DNA of 64,000 nucleotides, from the NCBI GenBank assembly GCA_000002445.1, contig CM000207.1, positions 2,400,001 to 2,464,000 on the forward strand, read 5' to 3'. The position numbers were made by a program, and so were the translations under genes. Source of the stretch: Trypanosoma brucei. Lineage: Eukaryota. Position 1 is the first letter of the stretch. Every line of letters begins with the position of its first letter. Shown in pieces: positions 49,360-61,914 of this stretch. The notes below the pieces were generated by a model. That model was not told the origin of the DNA. It was given only the letters and a program-made list of their open reading frames with translations, and ran no database searches.

Positions 49360-51239
49360 AACTCTTTTATTAACGCAACTTAGCTTCCCTTTCTTTTCTC
49401 AGAATATATATAACTGAAGTAAAATAAACAATGGGGGAAGCGATAGTGTGTGAATAGAGTAATATAATATTTTAAAAAAAAATCAGGCAACCCAATTTTT
49501 ATTCATTCTTGGTTCTATAGTACGACATTATACCGTATCTGGTATTGAGGGGAACAATTCCCAAATACAGTTACTGTATAAATACCTCCCTTGCCTCATT
49601 ATCATGTATTAAATATAAAAATAATGAATTTCATACATCACCAGTTCCAACTGCAGCTAGAGTGCAAAAAACAAAAACATCCTCGAACATCTGCCAATCC
49701 AAAACAGATAAAAGAATAAAAGCAAAAATCAATGGGCAATGATAATAAAGAGGAAAGCTGACAAAAGCTCATCGCAACACAAACAAACATACAAAAACCG
49801 TTCCACTAATTTCCACTCTTGTTGATCCGCGACCACAGGTTCTATTGACTAAAGGTTATCCATTCAAACACAAATATAGTTCCCAAAGTGCTTCACTCCT
49901 GAGTCCCACTTGCAATTAAGAACTTCTTTCCCGAATTGAGGAATTATAAAACCATCCCCACCATCCTTGCATGGAAGCATCCGTTACCATCATGGCCACA
50001 GTTGCTGCAACTCGCTACTTGCTCACTGGTGTTTTCTTTACCAAACTGCACATCCATTTTTGTGTCAGCTGTAACGCATATGTGTCTGTGTGTGTGTGGT
50101 GGCATGGTTAAATTATTGGGTCGCATCAGGACCATATTGTGTCATTACAAATATCATGCTACCATTTGAAAAAATAAGTAGCAGTAGAATTAAGGAGAAA
50201 GCTATTGTTTTCTCCTCACTGCTGCCACGTACATCATGCGTGATACAACAACTTCCATTTATTCTATGGTAGTTTTTCATATAGCAAGGGATACTCGGAA
50301 TTGTTGTATCACTTTCGTTGTCCCAGCAATGATTGTGCCCCACATTTCTTCATGTTCGTAACTATTTTGTTTCCACGACATTTAACCACGTCATGTGCCT
50401 CACACTGATACATATGTTGCATATCCATGTTTGAGTCCTCAATATTTCAGGGGTCGCCTGCTGCATCCTCACGACATCGGCGTCTTCTGAAAAGATCCTC
50501 GTGATGGTGTGTAAAATTATGGGATTCTCTTTTATTAACTGATGGGGAGTCGATTCAAATTCAATAGTTCCCCATTTTAGTTAAGGCATCGGAACCCTGC
50601 CCGAATATTCTCAGGTAACTTCACTTGGGAGAGGAACGACTTTAGATCAAACAATTCCACCGACTGGTCATGGAGAGTATTTAAATACTGGGAAAAGTGA
50701 CACAATGGGAGATATGCCTCATAATCATCCCTGCTCTTTTTAGCCTTTGGTCATGCAATAAATCAACGCCTTCTTCCAAATCTGTTTTTCCTCCATCACA
50801 AAGAATGGCGCACAACCCATCCTGTCATATCTCTCTCTGAAACTGGGCCAATGATACGCGATTGCTTCATTATTTGGGCATCCTTTTTTCTACAATGCGC
50901 AATTTCAGATTCCCTGTTTGATACTTTCTTTCTTTCTCTCTTTCCACATCATCTGTGCTATTCATAATGCTCCAAACCTCATCAAATCGTTCACTCGCTG
51001 CTTGCATCATCCTCTGTCGTATCCACGGAAGGGAAATCATTCCCACATTCATTCCCTATTGGAGAGGCGAAGTCTTTTCTTTTCCTCCTCATCCCGTGAT
51101 GTCACCTTCGTTTTCCCTTGTGAGTGTCAAGGAATGCTGTGCCATCGATAATTTGGAAAGGTATTCCCTGTTATAAATCTCGTCTTCCCTCACATCGAAG
51201 CCGCCCATTCCTTCCAATTGTATCTTACATCAAAAACAT

Positions 51240-51782
51240 TTAAAAAACCGACTTTCTGACGGCAGCTGTCACACATTTGAAATACCGCACTGTGCTTTGT
51301 GGAAGTTCCATTGTGTAGATGTGCTTTCCCAATTGTATTAATAATATGTTGTCAATGTCGTGTTCAATTGCAACTGCTGCCGCTGCGTGTGTCAGCAGTG
51401 CTTTCCTCTTTATGGAATGTTCTATCGTTACGTATGGTAGTTTCAGTATGGTGTCATTTTCCCCTTTGTGGTAATGGCTATGAACTTCTTCCCCTTTCCT
51501 CCCGAGGTTCCTCCCTATGACTTTTTTCACACTGGCAATGTCCTTTTCCCAGTTGATATTTACGCATCGTGTGACTCTGTGGGTATCGCTTTTGAATTTC
51601 TTTGGAAGGTTCCCTCCCTCCAATCCACTGTTGAAGCTTTCTTGCCGTGTGAATGTGGCATAACATTTTTCCTCTTTTTTTATTTGGGAGCTGTGTGATT
51701 TCTTTTTGCCACCAGATGGCTGGATGCAATTCATTCCATTGATATTGCAACTGGATACCACTCTGGACGGAACTTCCTGCAA
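51240..51782 (-). CDS. hypothetical protein, 180 aa
   Basis: ORF track. Same strand as the neighbouring - strand genes. No recognisable motif. Confidence 0.3.
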   Translation of the reverse strand: MQEVPSRVVSSCNINGMNCIQPSGGKKKSHSSQIKKEEKCYATFTRQESFNSGLEGGNLPKKFKSDTHRVTRCVNINWEKDIASVKKVIGRNLGRKGEEVHSHYHKGENDTILKLPYVTIEHSIKRKALLTHAAAAVAIEHDIDNILLIQLGKHIYTMELPQSTVRYFKCVTAAVRKSVF

Positions 51783-52099
51783 GATATTATCGAATCCCCA
51801 TTACAACATGTGTTGTGTTTGTTTGATGGGTTCACCTGTTACCGTATTGTAAAGACGGACCCCAAAACAATTTTCGCGTATACGTGTGTGCACGTGTGTC
51901 CAATAGAAATGATGGAAGAGCTCTCCTGTACTAAAATGGCGTTGCTCTTTACGAGTTGCAAACTTACAACAACAAATAAAAGTGCAATTGCATCCTATGC
52001 TGACATTCGGTAATGATTTTCCGCCAATGCATAAAAAACACCACATGATGAATTCCCTATTGCTCACATGTTTTAGTCCTCAGTCACATTCACTTTGCT

Positions 52100-52500
52100 A
52101 TTCCGTTGGCTCCTGAAACTAATGTCATGATGTACGTGTGGTTTTGAGTTGGAACTCGAATAACAGTAATAATAATAATAATAATAACTCCTTTCACCAA
52201 TGAGTTTACTATCGGTTGTAAAAGTGCTCTTGGTGTCACTCCATTATTCTTTTTTGAGTCCCCAGCTGTTGAATGACTGTAGAATTCATTATTATTACTT
52301 TTTTTTTTTTAAAGGTTAATGCACCGTTTTATTCTCCACCCTTTTCAGGTGAACTTCCTCCTGTACGGTTTATACTTTCCCCTTGTAAAATGTTTCTCAA
52401 GGCGTTTCCTCTGCGAAGCTTTGGCTATTGCTATTTTTAAAGGCATCTAAACTCACTGCTTCCGTGGTATGTTGTCGTATTATATATTATATATTATATA

Positions 52501-52537
<37 letters not shown>

Positions 52538-54410
52538 AAATATATATTTTTTTGTTATTGTTATTGTTAGTGTTGTTCTCTTCTCTTTCTGTTGGTGCAA
52601 ATTCATTTATTCGACAAGTTGTACTGCAATGCCTTACTCACTCCACCACACGTGTAAGACATCGTGTCTGTTCACTTTTATAAAAACTCAACAACGGCAG
52701 AAAAAAAAAGAAAAGAAAAGAAAAAAAAATTCACTTGATGTGTTTTTCTTTTTTCTTTTTTTTTCTTTACTTCGTGCACCCACGCCCTTTTTACACATAA
52801 GTTTCGGAAACTCAATTATTTCTCTGCCAAATGTTCATTTTTTTTTTATTTTATTTTATTTTTTTTAAATTCCTTTAGTGATGTGGGTATACTGAAAAGT
52901 GGGAATATTTGGCACTTAAAAACTTATACACCTTCCTTATTGTATATAATAACTTCATGGTAAAAGTAAAACAATATAGTTAAATAATAACCTCATGAGA
53001 AAACATAAGCGCAAAACATTCTAGACGCAAGCTTTTAATAAAAGTAAATATATTAAAATGAAGAAAAGGAGAGAGAGAAAGCGAGATAATAAATGGAAAT
53101 AGAGCGAGATAATAAATGGAAACTAAGCGGATGCACGGAAAAAAATTTTTTTTTAAAAAAGAAGAGAAGAGGAAAGTTATCCTCTCCATGCATAAACTTA
53201 CAAATTTGCGACTGCACAATATATATATATATATATAATAAATATAAATAAATAATAATAATAAAACACACATAAGCACGCACATATAAATATAAACATA
53301 CATGCACATGCAACGTCTATACGCCTGCTTCGCTTTTCATCAAGCTCTGATGAATTAAAACGAAGAGGAAATTTTGCAACAAAACAAAAAACAAAAAAAA
53401 CAAAAAAAAACGTGTTTCGCCCAAAGTAACACCCGCTTCGGTTGGTTGAAACGATACATTTCGTGTAGGTGTCTGTCGATCATACATTTAACGTTAATCA
53501 TTTAACGTTAATTATTTTTTTTCCTCTTTTATTTATTTTCCCCTCCTTTCCTTTTATTTCTTAAATGTTGGCCTCATGATCTTGAGAAGTGTGACAGTTA
53601 ATTCTTTGTTTGTTATTTAGGTGTTGTTTTTATTTGTGTTGTTTTGTTTTGCATAACAACACCATAAAACAGCTGCAGAATTTTCCCTTTGACCACCATG
53701 TGTTAAATAAATAAATAAACAGGAAGAGAGGGGAGGAAAAAACAACAACAACAACAAAAATTAGAAAGAACACCAGAGTGTGTGTGGAAGAAAGTTTACT
53801 CAACTTTATTATGATATAATACTAATATTAATATTAATATTTTTAAATATATAAGTAAATATAAGTGTATATATATATATATATATATATTTTTTTAATT
53901 ATATATTTATTTATATATTTGTTACTTGGCGTTTTAACAGTAATGTTTCCTCTTGAGTGAAGGTGTTGAGAAGTTCTACCCGCTGTTGATATTCCTCCGC
54001 TTCAATTTGGTTTCTGAATTGCATTTCTTTGCAAAATATATCACGACGTAAATACGCGTACCGTAAAGTTTCATATCCCTCCGCTAACCGATGTAAAAGT
54101 GCGCTGTCAAAACCGAAAGAATTGTTGGAGGACCTTCGCATAACTGAATTTACACAAGAGGAATTCATTTAATACATGCGATGATTTGCCTTTGTTTATC
54201 TTTTTTCCTTTTCTTTGTGTGTACTTATCCTTCTTTGTTAATATATATATATATATATATATAAATATAAAAAAAACAAATAAAGAAAGAAGAAGTGAAT
54301 GTAAATATATAAACGTCAATATACGAAACTCACAAACAATTATAAGATGCGTGAAGTTTAAATTGAAAATCGCTAATAATGACCACCATACATATAACAC
54401 ACACACACAC

Positions 54411-54443
<33 letters not shown>

Positions 54444-55472
54444 CAAATATAAATGAACATACAAAATAAAAATAAAGCAAGTACTAATAAATAAATACAT
54501 ATAAATATGTACAAATACAGGTATACGCGCATGCATATGAAATGGTTCATTTTGTTTTACTTCACATGAGTTTTATGTTGACGCTAAAATTCACACAAAC
54601 TTGTACATATATATATATGTATATATTTATTTTTATTTTGTATGTTCATATATATGTATATATTTATTCTCCCAACGCTAATAACAGGAAACCAACCACA
54701 TGTCATTGCAACCTTCACACAATCCACTTACAAAAATAAAAAAAAAGAAAAGATCCGAATAATTTGGAATCGCAGTGACTGCATTTCCCTACAAAATTCC
54801 CCGTGTACTTCAATTATATATTAATTATATATAAAAAAGGGGAGGAAATGTTCACCTGCTGCACAAATTTTACTCCCTTATTTTCATATATTTTATTTTT
54901 TTTTGCTCAATTCCACGCCGCTTCTGTGAGTGTTCAAATAATAATAATAAAAATAATAATAATAACAATAATAATAATAATAATAATGCAAAAGGCAGCA
55001 GTACTTACTCATATATATATATACATATATAGAAATATATTGGATAAAAGAAATGAGATGGTTATGAAAACACAAAAAACAAAAAAAAAAGAGCGCTTGA
55101 ATAAAATGTTGAAAGTGGCGGATAATGTGAAGAGGAAAAGTTAAGAGATTTGACATGAAAACTTTTTTTTTAAAAAAAAAGAAAAAGAAAAGAAAAAACA
55201 AAGCGGCCGTCACAGACACGCACTTTTTTTTTCTTTCTTTTCTTCCTTCCTTTCCTTATTCATCCCTTTTTGGTTGCCGCTGTTGTTGTGTTGTGTTTTT
55301 TTTTTTCAATTTAATTCAATTTAATTTAATTTAACTTAATTCGAAAGCGATAACTTAACACCCAACGTGTTAATGTCCCGTTTGTTTGGCAGCCGTCACT
55401 GCCACAAAAAAAAAACACAAAAAAGAAAAAGAAAAACATGACTCGCACACAGGCGCTATAATATAATAATTA

Positions 55473-55508
<36 letters not shown>

Positions 55509-58500
55509 TATTATTTATTAATTTATTTATGCAAATCTGGAAGCAGTTATTACGAAGTTCATGTTAAATACATAACAGCAACAACAACAATAATAATAAT
55601 AGAGTAATAGAGTAATAGAGCTAAGAAACATATAAACTTTTTTTCTTTCCTTCTTTATTTTTTTCTTTTAAATTTTTTTTTTTTAAAATGCACCTAAAAG
55701 CAACTTTCCTCCACGTTCCTTCCATTTATATATATATATATATATTTATTTATTTATTTATTTTTATTTATTTTAACAGGAATGTTTCCGAAAAGAAAAT
55801 GAGGCCACTTTCTTTCAAATTCATTCAACTCTCTATCAAATATGACAAGACAAAATAAAAGAAAGAAAGAAGAGTATATGTAAGGACGCATTTGAATGCC
55901 GGAAATCCTTTTTTTTTCTATAAAAGAAAAAAAAATTTTTAAAAAAGCAAAAAAAAAAAAAAAAGAGTCGCCGCATGAGTGGCAAAATAATTAAAAAAAA
56001 AAAAGCAAAACTCCCTTCAGTTATTTCATCATTTTCGATTCATCGTTAAACATATTGAACGCGCATCGAAATGATTAATATCACTATTATTAATATTGTT
56101 ATTATTTTCTCTCATCTATGTCTTTTTGTTGTTTTTGCTGTTGTTTTTACTGTTTTAAAAGAGAAAAAAAAAGAAAAAAAATTATTCTCCTTTTTTCACC
56201 TTTCCCTTTCCCTTTCCCTTTCCCTTATTATTATTCTTATTCTTTTCAAATTATAAACATTTCCCCTCCTCCTCCCCCCTCCCCTTTCGCTCCTGAGAAG
56301 AGCGAACATCACCCCAGAGAATATTCATATATGCATTTTTGTTCAAATTTATAACCTTAAAAATATACTTTAAGTAAAAGACAATTCCGCAACACGCCAT
56401 GGTTATAACAACGAGGCATCAAAAAGAAGAAAAAGAAGGAAAAAAAAACACATTTACAAATAAATAAATAAATGAATAAATGAATATATATATATATATT
56501 AAACTCTCTTTTCTTTGGTTTGTGTATAGGTATATATATATATATATGTGAATGAGAAAGTGACTACCTTATGCATGACATTTCCTTAGCGGGGATGTTC
56601 ACGATTTTGTGGAACCGAGAATTATACCACCAGGCTTCAAAATCCGCGTTGAATTATCAATAAGATTCTCAGGTGTATCATTCAATGCTTTAGACACTCT
56701 GCACAAAAGCGAAAGCGATCCATATATATCTTCTCCCTTCTGATATTTGTTATCATCAACATGAACGAAACCTTCTGCATTATCATTGTGGAACCCCACT
56801 TCAGTAAGCCACACATCGAAGCAATAAATAACAGCGGGGAAAAGTATGGAGGCATTCAGTTTTTGTCTACCATCACCACTCACACCCATTGCCAATAATA
56901 AATCTCCAATAATCGTTTGACGGATTTGACTTGCATCATCTCCATATTCAAGTCCCATGGGTTTGCAGTAATCTCTCAATGTTCCTACGAAACTTTGATA
57001 ATTCTTAAGCATTTTTGTGCGCCTTTGCTGCTCACTTGAAATGCATTGAAATGTACAAATGTCGGTGGTTTGTTCCACTTCCGTATGTGTGACAGCGCCG
57101 CCACCACCGCTTGAATCCGATGGCGTTTCATTATAAATAAATGTTGTGGGAGGAATAATTTGATCTTCTTTTGATTCCCCAACAAATATGGGACGGTCGT
57201 GAGTGCCAATAAAAAAATGATGTGAAGCTTTATATGATTCAGCCACACAACTCCGCCGGCTCGCATCCTCCGAGTTTCCGTCCATTTGATTTTTGTTTTT
57301 TTTTATTTTTAAATTATTCCACAAAATTAATTAATCAAAGATATCTCGTTTTATTTTATTTTATTTTATTTTATTTTGTTTTTTTTTATCTTCTCTTTCT
57401 TTTTTGTCTGATTCGATTAACACTCAGTTGTTGCCAAACCTTTTCGTATGCACGTATAATTGCCTTCCTACGCATACGTGCGTGTGTGTGTGTGTGTGTG
57501 TGTGTTTTAAAAATAAAAAATAAAAAGGTAACCGGAGAAGAATTCTCATTTTGGATTCAGTACAAATATATAAATATATATATATATATATAGATAGATA
57601 GATAGACATAAAACTTATTTAAAAAAAAAAGCACAAAGATCAGAGAGCACAAAATTAAAATAAAATAAAATAAAAGCTGTGAAACAAGCACCATGGCTGG
57701 GCACAACTTAAGCACTAAAACACACCAACTGTTGTCGGTAGTGTTGTCTCCCACATAAACACGCACACCGCATAAGCATAAACATAAACACGCATGTGAA
57801 TATATGAGTGTATTTATACATTTATTTATGTTCATATATTTATGTATATTTATTTATTCGTACATTTGCATATTTGTTTGCCTCACTGTACTAAACGAAG
57901 GGGGGCGGGATTTACACCTCCCTTTATTTTATTTCATTAGTTTATACGTCTATTAATCTTCTCCCAAAGCATTTTATTTTCCTCTTTTTTTTTCTTTTCT
58001 CTTATTTTTATTTTTTTTTTTAAAAAAAAACAAACTCTCCTTTTCCCCACTCCTCTCACGTTTATTTGCATTCTTCTGTTTTTAACTAACTATTTCTTAC
58101 TTATTCTTCATATGGTAAATCTTGTCCTTTTTTTTTATGTTTTGTTTGTTTGTTTAATTTCCCCATTTTCCTCCTCTTTCTTTTTTTTTTTTGATATGTC
58201 CAAAAGCAACAAAAACAAACAAACAAAACATAAAAAAAAAGAGCAAACAAGAAGTACAAACAGAAGTGAGGAAAAAAAGAAGAAAAAAAAGCCTTGAGTA
58301 GCACCGTAGGAAAACAAAATAAAGATTAAAAAAAAGAAAAAGAAAAAGAAAACCGATAACAAAAATATGACATTGAGGTTGAGGGAGAATGAAAGGATAA
58401 TTTATTTTATTTATATTTTTTTTAAAAATTCAAAAAGAGAAACTCACAACGAAGTGGAAAACGAAAGGGGGGGGGAAACAGAAGCATCTAATTTTCGGTT
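52100..58500. repeat. extended A/T-rich low-complexity region dense in microsatellites: (AAT)n 52167-52188 and 54938-54987, (TA)n 52506-52533, 53221-53237, 54241-54262, 54421-54443 and 55477-55504, (CCCTTT)n 56199-56226, (GT)n 57482-57505, (TAGA)n 57591-57606, and many A(n)/T(n) runs
   Basis: Direct reading. Confidence 0.85.
56599..57324 (-). CDS. hypothetical protein, 241 aa
   Basis: Clean 726-nt ORF. Protein-like composition with a SSGGGGAVTHTEVEQTTD linker. A purine-rich stretch (polyY on the - strand) lies at 57600-57670, 5' of its ATG. No family recognised. Confidence 0.45.
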   Translation of the reverse strand: MWNNLKIKKNKNQMDGNSEDASRRSCVAESYKASHHFFIGTHDRPIFVGESKEDQIIPPTTFIYNETPSDSSGGGGAVTHTEVEQTTDICTFQCISSEQQRRTKMLKNYQSFVGTLRDYCKPMGLEYGDDASQIRQTIIGDLLLAMGVSGDGRQKLNASILFPAVIYCFDVWLTEVGFHNDNAEGFVHVDDNKYQKGEDIYGSLSLLCRVSKALNDTPENLIDNSTRILKPGGIILGSTKS

Positions 58501-58717
58501 TGTTTTTTGGTTTTTAGTTCTTGGTTTTCGGTTGGATTTAATTAAATCAGAAAGGACATCATCAACATCACAAAAAGCATGTGGGAAACAGTATTCTCCA
58601 AGAAGTGTAAAGGAGAAAGTGGAGAAAAAGGGAGCAAAGAAGGAGGAAAAAAGAAAAAAAGAAAAAAAAGAAAAAAAAAGCGCAATAAGAATACAATTCA
58701 AAAAAAAAAAAATCGAG

Positions 58718-59416
58718 CTACTCTGCATTGTAACCCGATTCCACTGCTTTTGCTTCTTCAATGGAAGGAGACGCAACTAATGGTTTCCTTCCCCTTTTCT
58801 TTTTAACACTCATCCCTCCCCCTTCTCCTTCATTAGGCGTCACCCTATTCCCAAGCTGATGTCTGGATAACTGAACAGGCTCCAATACGGGGTCGATAAA
58901 TTCTAACTTTAGGTTCACTGGAGTAACTTTGGGGTGAAGCACCGTTACTTTTAGGAAATTATCCAGCGGAACTCGTTTTGTTCCCAACATCGTTACATTC
59001 GTATCTATTATGTTAGGTGACATTGGCAGGAGTGTTGGCGCTGTGTTTAATGTTGCAGCTTTTGTGATTGCAAATTCGCTCATTTCCGCTTTACGAGAAT
59101 GTCCCCGCCTGCTGATGGGTTCGCTCTCAACAACTTTAACACTTTCTTGAAGGGCCAATTGTTCCATTCGCCATCGCTTTCGTGCGTGTTTGGCAGCCAT
59201 TTCATTCGGTGACGGTGTCGTTGGAACTGAAGTTGGGGTTGCTGGAGGTGTGCCCACTGGCGTTTGTAAAAATGCACCCGCCTCTTGTGCTGATGTAAAT
59301 TCTTCTGGTGTTGCTACCGTTGGTTCCTCTGCTCCTACTGCTATTACTTCTGCAGCCGCTGTAAACTGTGGTGGCTCGTCAATTAATATTTCATGCTCTT
59401 CGGTGAGGCTTGTCAT
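58718..59416 (-). CDS. hypothetical Pro/Thr/Ala-rich basic protein, 232 aa, with a KKKRGRKP motif (AT-hook-like, not canonical RGRP)
   Basis: ORF track. TPPATPTSVPTTPSP low-complexity segment. Basic C-terminus ..SVKKKRGRKPLVASP. The antisense + ORF 59190-59711 is judged spurious. Confidence 0.45.
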   Translation of the reverse strand: MTSLTEEHEILIDEPPQFTAAAEVIAVGAEEPTVATPEEFTSAQEAGAFLQTPVGTPPATPTSVPTTPSPNEMAAKHARKRWRMEQLALQESVKVVESEPISRRGHSRKAEMSEFAITKAATLNTAPTLLPMSPNIIDTNVTMLGTKRVPLDNFLKVTVLHPKVTPVNLKLEFIDPVLEPVQLSRHQLGNRVTPNEGEGGGMSVKKKRGRKPLVASPSIEEAKAVESGYNAE

Positions 59417-59799
59417 TACTGTTACTGTTACTATTTGTTGCTATTTGTTGATATTATATTGGTTGCCAGCGGGTCCCCAATTTACACCTGCAACTTCCCC
59501 TTCTTTCCCGCAAATGCCTATTAGTTTTGTGTGTTGGGATAATGGCGTCTCCACAACTGCTATAACAACACTTTGCAAAACTAGGTTCCTCTACACCAAT
59601 CTATCTATGCACCACTTAAATAATGAAAAGGGGGGAGGGAGTCACCCGTTCGTCCGCCTACCGTCACTTCCTACGATAAACACCAAACTGAAGACTGAGG
59701 GAAGGAAATAATCATAAGATAAGCAAAGCACTGCTTCAAAAAAAAAAGAAGAGAAGGAAAAACAGAAGCTGAGAGGCGTCACGCCACACATGCAATGTA

Positions 59800-59852
59800 A
59801 AAAGAAAGAAAGAAAGAAAGAAAGAAATCACACAAACACACACACACACACA
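59800..59852. repeat. (GAAA)n followed by (CA)n microsatellite
   Basis: Direct reading: aaagaaagaaagaaagaaagaaagaaa...cacaaacacacacacacacacaaac. Confidence 0.9.
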
Positions 59853-61692
59853 AACGAGTTGTTACATAAACATATCACCGAGTACTCACCAAGGCACATG
59901 TGGAAGTGTGTGAAATACAACTTAACCCTCTCAGCATTCACGTCATTCTGCAAACCGTTTCGGCATTTGCAGCCGTGTGAGACAGTACCGCTAACAACAC
60001 AAAAAGTGCCGATACCGACACCCCGTAACCGGTTAAAGGAGGTGCGAAAAGCGAACATCACAGGTGCTAAAATAAAAAAAAAGAAACAAAAAGAAAAACT
60101 ATTGCCTTTCTTCCACTCTGTGTGTGCTACCTCTCCTCTATTAACCTGACTGAAGGCAGTGGATGATACAGCCCATGTGTACTTGTGTGTTTTGCCTGCG
60201 TACAAATATACATGTATGTATTTATTTATCAAAACAACATGCTGGGTAACAAGACGCGGGCTGGAGAATATGTTACAGCACTAATATTCCCTCCCTCTAC
60301 GATACGGCTCCTCCACACGATGTTTCGCGGCGTCCTCGAGCCCACAATCACCACATCAAACACACATGGTTGCCATTCGTTTGCACTCCAAATGCCTAAG
60401 CTGCTGTTATCGGGGTTTCACACAGGAAACTGCGTTTGCTGTTGCCACGTCACTTCTTCAAAGGAGGAGCTACCGGAATTATCATGACTCAATGCTTGCG
60501 TTGCATAATATCGAAAGAACGGCTGAGCTCAAAACTATTTTTGACAACTCTCGCGTCACCCACGGAAGCAGGGGTGGGGGAGGGTTTCCAGTGATTTTGA
60601 GCCTTGTTGTAAAAGTAAAAAAAAAAAACAACACAACAACCAACTTGCGCAAACACTACCTCTCCACCAAACAAAACGCATAAACTAAACGGAACCGGCC
60701 ATCGTGCACGGACCGCAGCCTCTGGAGGAGATCGTGTTGGATCATTCCTGTCCCTATGAAAAAGGGACATGTTAGCCGTTTAACAACCGTGTCGCCCAAA
60801 CTGGATTATCGCCGGATGTAAAGGTGGCATTGACACTTAGTAAGGGGTTGCCAGCAGGTAGTGAGAAGGTAGAATACAGGTGCGCATGTATATCACTCCA
60901 ACAACACTCATAGGCAAAGCGAAGTTAAGTGCTGTCAAAACCACAAACCGACTTCAACACGGAAGGAAGAGGGGCAGAAACCCGTTTTCATTTTCACGCC
61001 TAATGGCCACTTCAAGAGGCAATTTTATCATCATTTCTGTTTGGAAACCCATCCCCAGCCATCTGCACCGCCAGCAACCCCGAAAGCACCGCTGCAGCGT
61101 TGCTTGAACATTACAAGGAGTCTTTTACCAACCGTTTTGCTCCTCTACAACCTCCATTACACACGCTCTGTTTGCAATCGCATTAAAGTCCTTTTTCAGC
61201 TCCCGCAGACACCGGACGGGGGCCGCCAGTAATGCCGCTCTGCCTCGAATATGTTCAGCATTCTCCGCCGACACGATTGTTCGCATTCAGGTGCGTTGCC
61301 TTGTTGTTGGTGATGTTGGTATTTTTGCCTCTTTTCATCCTTCACGCGTCCTCCGCTTCTGTCTCATGGAAGGCCTTATATTGTGTCCTTTTTGGTTCCT
61401 TTGTTTTCGATCTCCTCTATCCAGAGTCTTCCACTTACACTCTCCACCTTAGTCCTCTTGTAAGCTTTTCTGCCTCCTATTTCATTTACCTTTCTCAGTC
61501 TCTGTGTCACTCCCGTCTTGATTCCCACTGATATCCTCCGTACCTACAAAATGTGTCATTTATTTCACCCGTTCGCAGTTTGGCCCTCGGCCCCACTTTG
61601 CCGATGGCTTATTTCAGCTCCTTCGACTATGACCGCTTACATGCCCTATTCCCCGTTAGTTGAATCATCTTGTACATTATTTCCTGCAATCC

Positions 61693-61914
61693 CTATACCA
61701 CCTTTTCGATTTTAACTAGGGACATAGAGGCATCTACCAAGTATCGGTTAGCGGTACGTAGCCCAGTCACCTCTGCGCGACATATGGGACACACAGTTGC
61801 AGTTGAAACACAACCTCGGCAAAATATATGCGTACACGGCAATAGTTCTACAGGATCTGACCACTGCTCCAAGCAGATGACGCAAGCCACAACATCAGAG
61901 GCGGGTGCTACCAT
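61693..61914 (-). CDS. small C3HC4 RING-finger protein, 73 aa
   Basis: CVICLEQWSDPVELLPCTHIFCRGCVSTATVCPICRAEV matches C-x2-C-x12-C-x-H-x2-C-x2-C-x6-C-x2-C exactly. The - strand start codon (+ strand cat at 61912-61914) was verified by hand. The overlapping + ORF 61670-61954 is judged spurious. Confidence 0.55.
   Translation of the reverse strand: MVAPASDVVACVICLEQWSDPVELLPCTHIFCRGCVSTATVCPICRAEVTGLRTANRYLVDASMSLVKIEKVV

Noticed and set aside
59190-59711. 173-aa + strand ORF (AAISFGDGVVGTEVGVAGG...)
   Set aside because: It is antisense to the Pro/Thr-rich region of the more protein-like - strand ORF 58718-59416. Its Gly/Val/Ala composition is the complement of that region.
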